Positions 12,710 through 19,799 of a stretch of 19,799 nt of DNA are shown one piece after another. This stretch comes from Nitrososphaerota archaeon (GTDB lineage Archaea; Thermoproteota; Nitrososphaeria_A; Caldarchaeales; Calditenuaceae): contig JAVYLC010000033.1 of assembly GCA_038741355.1 (NCBI GenBank), positions 1 through 19,799 of the forward strand. The letters are read 5' to 3'. The notes below the pieces were generated by a model that saw only the letters and a program-made list of their open reading frames with translations, was not told the DNA's origin and did not search any database. Position 1 is the stretch's first letter, and each line of letters starts with the position of its first letter. Made by a program: the position numbers and the translations under genes.

Positions 12710-14302
12710 CTATTTAGAGGATAGACTCGCCAAGGCCTCGCGAAGCCTATCGGCACCTATGTCAAACAGGTAGGGTCCAAGTCGGGGGCCGCTAGGCCTC
12801 CCCAGAAGGAGGAGATAGATCTTCGAGAATAGTTGTGGTGGGTTGATGCCCCTGCGCCTCGCCTCCTCGAATATTGCTGCTTGGACCTCCTCGCCGTCCG
12901 CCGCTCTACCGGCCCTCTCGATCAAGGCCTGAATAGCCTCTTTCTCGCGCTCTTCCAGCTCCACCTGAACCTTGACCCGGGGTACTGCTCCGAAGTCCAA
13001 GGCATAGAGCTTCGCCTTCTCAGCCTTCTCTAGGAGGTACTCGTCGACCCTGTATCCATATCTTCGAAGCCTCTTTTCCACGAACTCGCGCGCGTTCTCG
13101 CTGGGTACCAGAGACCCCAGCTCGGCGAGTAACTTGAATGGTGCGTGTGCTCTTGGGCTCTGGGGCGGTCTCAGAAGGTAGATATACTCGAAGAGTCCGC
13201 GTAGTTTTGCTCTGACGCGCTCGTCAGATATCTTAGCCTTCCCGAAGTATATGTCTTCGAGCTCCTCGACTTCGTCCCAAAGCCTGGGTATCAACTCGGG
13301 TGTCACGATCCGGGCGCCCACGCTTCTCTTAAACATCAGCAGGAGGAGGGTCTCTGGTGGGGCATATCTGAGCCACATCTGCGGGGTGAATACGTTTCCC
13401 ACGGATTTTGAAAACTTCTTCCTACTGGCGTCTATAAAGTGCTCATACTTGACGTGCATCGGTGGTTCGAAGTTGAGTATGTTTCTGGAGACCCAGTCGT
13501 TGACCTTTACGCTGTCTATGAGGTCTTTTCCATAGGCCTCGAATCTGATGTCGAGTAGCTTCCACCGTGCGGCGAACTCCACCTTCCACGGGAGCTTGCC
13601 GTTCCCATCCCTTAGGCTCGACCAGCCCTCGTAGCCGCATCCCCGGTGTAGTCTCTTCTTTATCTCGATATCGCTACACACATATCTCACCCTCCAGCTA
13701 TTCTTATCGAACTCGACCGCCTTGGCCGTGTATATCCTACCGCATGATTCGCAGACGGGGTAGTAGGGCAGCTGCTCCGTGAATTTCTCCTGGCCGACCA
13801 GGGACTTTATCGCCTCTCCCACCCTCCCGGCATTACTCAATATCTCCGCAGCGATCCCGGCTAGTTTCCCGCTTCCATAGATCTCGTGGGCGTTATACAG
13901 CCTGTACTCTATCCCGATCTGATCGAGGGGGTCGGTCATCATGGTGACCATGTGTTCGGCGTAGCTTTGGTGGCAGCTGTAGGGGTCTGGAATCCTCGAG
14001 ACAGGCATTAGGAGGTGCTCCTCCAGCCCTTTCGGGAGGCCTTGAGGGACGCTTCGAAGACCATCCATGTCGTCGACAAATAGTATCATCTCCGAGCTGT
14101 ACCCTAGGCCTCGGAGGGCTAGGGTTACCCCGTAGGCGCGGACGGGATCAGAGAGGTTCCCTATATGTGGGACTCCGCTGGCCGCTACTCCGCTCTCAGT
14201 CAATAGCAGGTCAAGGCTCCTCCCAAGCCTCTTCTCCCTCTCCACGAGCCTATGCGCCACCCTGTCCAGCCACGTTCCTCGACCAATTATCGGCCTCGAC
14301 AT
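12710..14302 (-). CDS. lysK: Class I lysyl-tRNA synthetase (archaeal type)
   Basis: It carries the HIGH-type motif SGVPHIGN and the KMSKS-type motif KKFSKSVGN, at a length of about 530 aa. The track start is TTG at 14326. I prefer the ATG at 14302 (MSRPIIGRGTWLDRVA...), which puts the conserved Trp about 10 residues from the N-terminus. A TATA-like tatatt lies at 14347-14352 on the minus strand, and a small palindrome CTGACctGTCAG sits between it and the start. Confidence 0.9.
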   Translation of the reverse strand: MSRPIIGRGTWLDRVAHRLVEREKRLGRSLDLLLTESGVAASGVPHIGNLSDPVRAYGVTLALRGLGYSSEMILFVDDMDGLRSVPQGLPKGLEEHLLMPVSRIPDPYSCHQSYAEHMVTMMTDPLDQIGIEYRLYNAHEIYGSGKLAGIAAEILSNAGRVGEAIKSLVGQEKFTEQLPYYPVCESCGRIYTAKAVEFDKNSWRVRYVCSDIEIKKRLHRGCGYEGWSSLRDGNGKLPWKVEFAARWKLLDIRFEAYGKDLIDSVKVNDWVSRNILNFEPPMHVKYEHFIDASRKKFSKSVGNVFTPQMWLRYAPPETLLLLMFKRSVGARIVTPELIPRLWDEVEELEDIYFGKAKISDERVRAKLRGLFEYIYLLRPPQSPRAHAPFKLLAELGSLVPSENAREFVEKRLRRYGYRVDEYLLEKAEKAKLYALDFGAVPRVKVQVELEEREKEAIQALIERAGRAADGEEVQAAIFEEARRRGINPPQLFSKIYLLLLGRPSGPRLGPYLFDIGADRLREALASLSSK

Positions 14303-14487
14303 CGGTGCGGCTCCCTCAACCACCAATAAGAACCTGACAGGTCAGCAATATAGCAATAATCGCGCATCCAGTGTGATGTGGGGGGAGTCTACTGGTTTGA
14401 AACTCTTCCACCTTCCTACGAAGTGGCGTCATGGGCACCCTTACCGATAGTTGCGCCCACTGGTTAGCGCCGCCCAGCTGGCATCTC

Positions 14488-17214
14488 TCAGCGATAGAGC
14501 CTGCTAATCTCGAGCCGCTTCAGCAGCTCTATACTCGTGAAGGTTGTCGCGGCTCCCAGCCCCATCCATGCCGCGTCCCTGAGGTTGGGAAGGACTATGT
14601 GTAAAGCCGCACGAGTTACGGGGATGATGGTTAAGATTGTTATCAACGCGATCTCCCAAAGTATCGAGATGAGGAGCCACTTGTGGGGGCGGACCTTAAA
14701 GATTGGCTGCGTGAGCGAGACAGTGTTGAGGGCGATGGCCAGCTCGACGAATATGAGCATGAGGAAGAGCCTACTGCGGGCTGCTTCGATGCCCAGTGGA
14801 AGGGCGTCAATAAATCCCAGAAGTAGGACAGGCGTCTCAACTAGTAGCGCGTTGACTATATACTTCTTGATGTCGCGGGTAAAGACTTTCTCGCTCCTTG
14901 GGCGGGGGGCTCTTCTCATTATGTCGGGCTCCGGAGGGGTGAAGCCCAAGGCTATGGCTGGTAACCCGTCCGTCGCGAGATTGATGTAGAGTATCTGGAC
15001 TGGGAGGAGTGGTAGGAGCTCCTCACCGCCAACCCCTAAGAAGGGTAATATTATAAGCGCCGAGATCGCTATCACCGCTATCTCGACGAAGTTCGCTTGG
15101 AGTAGATACGCCAAATACTTCCTAATGTTGTCGTAGATCCATCTACCCAGCTCGACGGCCTTAACAATCGTTGAGAAATTATCGTCTAGAAGTATTAGGT
15201 CTGAGGCCTCCTTTGTCACCTCTGTCCCTGTTAACCCCATAGCGACACCGATGTCTGCGCGCTTAAGGGCCGGTGCGTCATTAACTCCGTCCCCCGTCAT
15301 GGCTACCGTCTTTCCCCGCTTCTTCCAAGCCTCCACGATGCGTAGCTTGTCACTGGGTGTTACGCGAGCGTAGACGGTTATCTTCTCAACCTTCTCCTCG
15401 AGTTCTTCATCGCTCATCATCGCAAACTCCGCTCCAGTTACTACTATGTCGCCCTCTTGGTGGATGCCAACTTCTCTTGCAACTGCTTGGGCTGTTAGAC
15501 GGTGGTCGCCGGTAATCATTATAGGCTTTATCTTCGCCATCCGGCACTTCTCCACAGCCTCCTTTACCTCAGGTCTCGGGGGGTCTATGATGCCCACGAG
15601 CCCAAGCATGGTGAATCCTCGCTCTACCTCCTCCTCAGAGTAGCTAGTCATTGGCACGTGAATTTCCCTCTCGGCAACAGCAAGCACTCGTAGGCCGCGG
15701 GCGGCCATCTCCTCGTTAGCACTCGATAACCTATTCCTCCACTCCTCAGTGAGTTCAACATCAGAGCCGTCAACTAGGACCCTGCTACAGAACCCAAACA
15801 CAACCTCCGGAGCCCCCTTCATGTATGCCACGAGCCGGCTTCCCGCGGATACGATGGTGGTCATACGTTTGCGCTCAGATGTGAAGGGTATCTCTGAAAC
15901 CCTCCTATGCTTAGACCGCGCCTCGATATGATTTACTCCGAAACTCTCGGCCATTAACACGAGCGCTGCCTCGGTTGGGTCGCCGTAGGCCTCGTAACGG
16001 CCTCCAACCTTTTTGACTACAGCGTCTGAAGAGAGTACCGCGGCCAGTGCTAGTCTCTGGAGGTCTTGCAACTGCTTGCTCTCCAACCTCTGTGAATTGA
16101 GCTCGGCGGTGCTCTGTGTGTTTGACAGTTCGTAGAATCTCCCGTCCAGAAATACTTCCTTAGCCATCATCTCGCCCTTGGTTATCGTACCTGTCTTATC
16201 AGCGCATATCACCTCGGTTGACCCGAGGGTCTCGACTGCGGTCATGCTCCGCGCAACAGCGTTCCGCTTCGCGAGCATCCACATGCCCACCGCTAGTGTG
16301 CTTGTCACTATGGCTGGAAGGGCCTCGGGCACGGCAGCTACCGCGAGGGCGACGGCGAACATGAAGACGCTTATCAGTAAGTCATACGAGAGTGCTTTCC
16401 CCAGAAGTGCTATCTCTGCCAGTTCAACAACCGCAACCACAGCTATTATTAGCAGGATTATCTTACCTAGGTATCTTGCAACCTCCTCCATCCTCCGTTC
16501 AAGTGGGGTCTTCTCTTCCTGTATCTCTAAGACCTCCTTAGCAATCTTTCCGAACTCTGTCTGCATCCCCGTCGCAGTAACTACTGCTTTGCCTTTACCC
16601 GCAGTTATCATTGTCCCAGCATAGAGCATGTTCACCCTGTCTGGCAGGGGCGTATCCTCGGGGAGCGACGATACGGTTTTGACGACTGGTATTGACTCCC
16701 CCGTCAGGGCTGCCTCATAGGCCTGTAGACCATGCGACTCCACAACCCTGGCATCGGCAATAAGCTTATCCCCCGCCTCGAGGAGAAGGATATCGCCGGG
16801 AACAACATTCTCCGCCTTCACCTTGATCATGACGCCGTCCCTGAGGACGCTGCAGCTTGGGGCCATCATCCTCTTCAAAGCCTCGAGAATCCTCTCCGAG
16901 CGGAACTCCTGCCAGAAGCCTAGAATCGCCGCCAAGAAAACTATCACAAGAATCACTATCGAGTCAATGATCTCTCCGAGGAGGGCCGATATGGCCGTGG
17001 CCGCGATAAGAATTATGATCATGAGGTTTAGGAACTGTCTCAGAAGGATTCTCAGAGGGGAGACCTTCTTTCCCCGCTCAATCACGTTTGGGCCAAAGAT
17101 CTTAAGCCGCTCAGCCGCTTCATCCCCCCTCAGACCGGTATCAAGATTCGAGCCCAGCAGCCTCAGACACTCAGAAGCCTCGAGGGCATGCCAGGCATAC
17201 TGCTTCTCAGCCAA
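14488..17214 (-). CDS. P-type cation-transporting ATPase, P2 (SERCA/PMCA-like) type
   Basis: ORF track entry of 908 aa with a TTG start. Motifs present are LTGESIPV (actuator), ICADKTGTITKGEM (phosphorylation site), MITGDH, TGDGVNDAPALKRADIGVAMG, and TM4 VPEALPAIVT (PEGLP-like). The N-terminal segment WHALEASECLRLLGSNLDTGLRGDEAAERLKIFGPN matches the Cation_ATPase_N pattern. Ion specificity cannot be determined from the sequence alone. Confidence 0.95.
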   Translation of the reverse strand: MAEKQYAWHALEASECLRLLGSNLDTGLRGDEAAERLKIFGPNVIERGKKVSPLRILLRQFLNLMIIILIAATAISALLGEIIDSIVILVIVFLAAILGFWQEFRSERILEALKRMMAPSCSVLRDGVMIKVKAENVVPGDILLLEAGDKLIADARVVESHGLQAYEAALTGESIPVVKTVSSLPEDTPLPDRVNMLYAGTMITAGKGKAVVTATGMQTEFGKIAKEVLEIQEEKTPLERRMEEVARYLGKIILLIIAVVAVVELAEIALLGKALSYDLLISVFMFAVALAVAAVPEALPAIVTSTLAVGMWMLAKRNAVARSMTAVETLGSTEVICADKTGTITKGEMMAKEVFLDGRFYELSNTQSTAELNSQRLESKQLQDLQRLALAAVLSSDAVVKKVGGRYEAYGDPTEAALVLMAESFGVNHIEARSKHRRVSEIPFTSERKRMTTIVSAGSRLVAYMKGAPEVVFGFCSRVLVDGSDVELTEEWRNRLSSANEEMAARGLRVLAVAEREIHVPMTSYSEEEVERGFTMLGLVGIIDPPRPEVKEAVEKCRMAKIKPIMITGDHRLTAQAVAREVGIHQEGDIVVTGAEFAMMSDEELEEKVEKITVYARVTPSDKLRIVEAWKKRGKTVAMTGDGVNDAPALKRADIGVAMGLTGTEVTKEASDLILLDDNFSTIVKAVELGRWIYDNIRKYLAYLLQANFVEIAVIAISALIILPFLGVGGEELLPLLPVQILYINLATDGLPAIALGFTPPEPDIMRRAPRPRSEKVFTRDIKKYIVNALLVETPVLLLGFIDALPLGIEAARSRLFLMLIFVELAIALNTVSLTQPIFKVRPHKWLLISILWEIALITILTIIPVTRAALHIVLPNLRDAAWMGLGAATTFTSIELLKRLEISRLYR

Positions 17215-17241
17215 CCTTCACATACACCCTGCGCCCCCTCC

Positions 17242-17300
17242 AATATATTTGGATAATTGATCGAAGCACATTTAGAAGCATATGTGATGTTGACTTAATA
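17242..17300. promoter_or_regulatory. Divergent promoter region with one TATA-like box for the ATPase (minus strand) and one for the HAD gene (plus strand)
   Basis: On the minus strand, aaatatatt (17242-17250) lies about 27-32 nt upstream of the TTG start at 17214. On the plus strand, cttaata (17294-17300) lies about 25 nt upstream of the ATG at 17322. Both geometries suggest leaderless or near-leaderless mRNAs. Confidence 0.4.
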
Positions 17301-17321
17301 GGCTGCGCTTAAGGGCTAAGT

Positions 17322-17897
17322 ATGCTGGTGCCGGTCAGGATAGCTCTCGACCTAGATGGAGTGTTGTCGGACTCTATGGGGCGTTGGGTCGAGGTCTGGA
17401 ACTCGAGGTATGGTCATCCGAGGCTTTCAGTCGAGGACATTCGCGAGTGGGACTTCTGGCGCGGTTTAGGAATAACTCAGAAGGAGTTTAACGAAGTGTT
17501 TGACGAGGTCTGGCGTGAATGGATTTACCTGAGGCCGCTTGAGGAGAATATAGGCGGGAAGGTCTCACGCCTCGCACATTTTGGACGGGTCGACATCGTA
17601 AGTGGGAGGTCAACGAGTCATCTACCATACGTTAAGAGCTGGCTTAAACACCATGGAGTAAAATACGACTCCATCTTCCTAGGCGTCCCCTCGAAGAGCA
17701 GACTTATCCACGACGTGTTTATCGATGACTCGCCAGTTGAGGCTGCCCGAATAGCGGAGACTTCAAGGTATATCCTGCTCCGAGACCAACCCTGGAACAG
17801 GAATGTTCCTAAAAGCAAATTCATCATAAGGGTCAGAAATCTCGAGGAAGCCTTCAAGAAACTGGCCGAGGAGGTTTTCCCTGGAGCCCTCCCCTAA
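17322..17897 (+). CDS. HAD-superfamily phosphatase, 5'(3')-deoxyribonucleotidase (NT5C)-like
   Basis: ORF track entry of 191 aa. It has HAD motif I IALDLDGVLSD near the N-terminus. A late FIDDSP segment is followed by ILLRDQPWNRN, which resembles the NT5C-family C-terminal pattern as I recall it. Confidence 0.6.
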   Translation: MLVPVRIALDLDGVLSDSMGRWVEVWNSRYGHPRLSVEDIREWDFWRGLGITQKEFNEVFDEVWREWIYLRPLEENIGGKVSRLAHFGRVDIVSGRSTSHLPYVKSWLKHHGVKYDSIFLGVPSKSRLIHDVFIDDSPVEAARIAETSRYILLRDQPWNRNVPKSKFIIRVRNLEEAFKKLAEEVFPGALP

Positions 17898-17911
17898 AAC
17901 AGCTATTTATT

Positions 17912-19390
17912 ATGGTTGACAGGTGGCTCGAGGTGAGCATGGAGATACTTGCGCTGAGCCCGCTTATCCTCTCAATAGCCCTCCCACTCGGCCTCTCACC
18001 TATAGCCGCTTTCTTTGGCAGGGTAATGCATCCGCGCAGCGCCGGCATATTCGCTACAGTTGTACTCTTCTTCCCCATGCTTTTCAGCCTCCTACTCTAC
18101 CCAGCAATAAGCGGCGGCGCGGTTGTGGAGGAGAGATTTAGCTGGATTCCAGAGCTGGCCCTCACCTTCACGCTGAGGCTTGACCAGCTGAGCTATCCAT
18201 TCTACCTCTTGATCACTCTAGTGGGCTTCCTCTCCACCCTCTACTCCATACGGTATATGGAGCATGAGAGGGGGCTTGGCTCCTACTACTCCCTGACCAT
18301 GATGTTTGTCACTGGGATGGTAGGCGTCGTCCTATCAACAAATCTCTTCCTCTTCTATATCTTCTGGGAGCTGATGCTCATCCCCAGCTACTTCCTCATA
18401 GCCTACTGGGGCTCTGGAAACGCGCGGATAATAGGTTTCAAATACTTCGGTATGACGCATGTCGGGGCGGTCGCGCTTCTATCCGGGATCATTTGGCTCA
18501 ATTCACTCTACGGGAGCGTAGACCTAGACGTCCTCCGCATAGCTCTCGCAGGAGGGTCACCGGTAATGCTGGGCATAGCCATCCTCATATTCATCGGAGC
18601 AGCTGTTAAGATGGCCCTCTTCCCACTCCACACTTGGCTCCCTGATGCCCATGCTGAGGCACCGACACCTATTAGCGCCCTCTTGAGCGGCGTGATGATT
18701 AAGACCGGGGTGTACGCATATGCTAGAATTATTATCGAGCTGATGCCCGCTGCCTTCCAGCAAGCTCTACCAATAGTCACGCCGTTAGCTCTCGTAACTG
18801 TTTTTTGGGGCGGGATGATGGCTCTGGTTCAGACAGACATTAAGAGGATTCTCGCCTACAGCTCTATCAGCCAGATAGGCTACATGGTCTTCGGCCTCTC
18901 CCTCCAGTCAAGCATCGGCTTGGCCGGCGGGCTCCTACACGTAGTTACCCACGGACTCGCCAAATCCCTTCTCTTCATGGCCGCTGGTTCCATAATGCAC
19001 TCGACTGGGGAGAGGGACATAAACAAGCTTGGAGGGCTTATGAGGCCAATGTGGTTTACCGCATCAGTCTTCCTTATCGGCGGCCTCTCCGTAGCCGGTA
19101 CACCCCCCCTAGCGGGGTTCTTCAGCGAATGGATGATCTTCACAGGCGGATTCCAATCCAACGCCATGCTATACACAATACTGGCCATATTGGGGACTGC
19201 TTTAACTCTGGGATACTATCTCAAGGCGTTTATGTACGTCTTCACTAGGGGTGAGGCTGTCGGCACTGTTAGGGAGGCCCCGGCCAGCATGGCGATACCG
19301 ATGGGCATACTTGCAGTCATTATACTCTTGGCCGGAGTCACCACACCACCGATAACCGGCATCCTAAGCATGGCGATAGCTAGACAATAG
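17912..19390 (+). CDS. Proton-antiporter-like membrane subunit of the NuoM/NuoN/MrpD family
   Basis: ORF track entry of 492 aa. It has [20 protein letters not shown] (the conserved Glu helix) and [34 protein letters not shown], the hallmark of complex I chain M / MrpD. The protein is polytopic throughout. The ATG at 17939 (MEILALSPL...) is an alternative start. Confidence 0.75.
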   Translation: MVDRWLEVSMEILALSPLILSIALPLGLSPIAAFFGRVMHPRSAGIFATVVLFFPMLFSLLLYPAISGGAVVEERFSWIPELALTFTLRLDQLSYPFYLLITLVGFLSTLYSIRYMEHERGLGSYYSLTMMFVTGMVGVVLSTNLFLFYIFWELMLIPSYFLIAYWGSGNARIIGFKYFGMTHVGAVALLSGIIWLNSLYGSVDLDVLRIALAGGSPVMLGIAILIFIGAAVKMALFPLHTWLPDAHAEAPTPISALLSGVMIKTGVYAYARIIIELMPAAFQQALPIVTPLALVTVFWGGMMALVQTDIKRILAYSSISQIGYMVFGLSLQSSIGLAGGLLHVVTHGLAKSLLFMAAGSIMHSTGERDINKLGGLMRPMWFTASVFLIGGLSVAGTPPLAGFFSEWMIFTGGFQSNAMLYTILAILGTALTLGYYLKAFMYVFTRGEAVGTVREAPASMAIPMGILAVIILLAGVTTPPITGILSMAIARQ

Positions 19391-19621
19391 CGCGGACCAC
19401 GCTTGGACAAATTTCCGAAGCCTCTCCACCACCCCCCTGTAGAGTCTCAGACCCTTAGACTTCTCACCAGGCCGCCCAACATAGTGGACCAGAACCCCTC
19501 GAGGCCTGAGGATCCTGAAAAGCTCCCTGTAGAACACGCCCGAGTAGAGCTCACCCGCTAGAGAGAGTCTGGGTGGGTCGTGGATAAAGCCTACATAACA
19601 ACCCGATACCCAAGCGCACAC
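19364..19621 (-). pseudogene. C-terminal fragment of a SAM-dependent methyltransferase (COG2521-like archaeal methyltransferase)
   Basis: The track ORF contains [46 protein letters not shown]. This resembles the IHDPPRFSxAGELYSxEFY...HYxGxPG block of that family as I recall it. The SAM-binding N-terminal half is missing. An in-frame TGA lies immediately upstream of the GTG at 19621, and a plus-strand P-loop ORF begins about 45 nt away. The 3' end overlaps the NuoM-like gene by 27 nt. Confidence 0.4.
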
Positions 19622-19665
19622 TCATTCCTCTCCCCACGCAGAAGATACACAAAAGTAGAGGCTGA

Positions 19666-19799
19666 GAGAATGATATACTATCAAGGCTTGCGAAAAATGT
19701 TAGGGGCAGGCCCGTCATAGGCTTCTCAGGCCCCCCAGGGTCAGGTAAAAGCACCCTCATAGGCAGAATTGGAGAGTATCTTAAGGGTATTGGTTTGAG
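19666..19799 (+). CDS. P-loop NTPase/kinase, N-terminal part; it continues beyond the window end
   Basis: My own translation reads ENDILSRLAKNVRGRPVIGFSGPPGSGKSTLIGRIGEYLKGIGL..., which contains a Walker A motif GPPGSGKST. No in-frame ATG/GTG/TTG lies between the TGA at 19663-19665 and the P-loop, so the true start is uncertain (see the related finding). Confidence 0.5.

Noticed and set aside
14537-17260. Plus-strand track ORFs antisense to the P-type ATPase (14537..14989, 16178..16624, 16823..17260 and others). The same applies to antisense ORFs inside psrA, psrC, tldD, lysK and nuoM.
   Set aside because: Each lies wholly within a long, motif-supported gene on the opposite strand. Their translations are compositionally biased (Ser/Arg/Ala/Pro-rich), which is typical of shadow ORFs.

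Overview
The window looks like a chromosomal segment from an archaeon, probably a crenarchaeal (Thermoproteota-type) hyperthermophile. Supporting signs are a class I LysRS, an archaeal-type PPAT, TATA-box promoters about 25-30 nt upstream of start codons, and frequent TTG/GTG starts. All calls come from reading the sequence and recalling family motifs; no searches or folding programs were run.

Most of the window is ordinary housekeeping and energy genes:
- a partial NuoI-like Fe-S subunit
- endonuclease III
- a three-gene Tat-exported molybdopterin oxidoreductase operon of the Psr/Phs/Ttr/Sre type (catalytic, 4x[4Fe-4S] and NrfD-like membrane subunits)
- a membrane protein of unknown function
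- PPAT with an extra N-terminal domain
- TldD
- class I LysRS
- a P2-type cation ATPase
- an NT5C-like HAD phosphatase
- an isolated NuoM/MrpD-like antiporter subunit
- a methyltransferase remnant
- the start of a P-loop protein

The unusual part is roughly 500-3555, which holds only one intact gene. That gene (730-1557, minus strand) encodes a compact, divergent IS110-family-like protein. It is flanked 3' by a nested GC hairpin followed by a T6 run. On its 5' side lies about 1.4 kb of markedly GC- and C-rich sequence with no credible ORF (1558-2930), packed with perfect 9-11 bp hairpins. This includes a run of five hairpins at 2238-2511 whose stems differ but whose 17-18 nt loops are conserved. 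Three of them share an exact 19-mer that falls in three different reading frames.

I read this as one or more undescribed structured RNAs, possibly guide or bridge-like RNAs associated with the IS110-like protein. The strand, the boundaries and the function are all unresolved.
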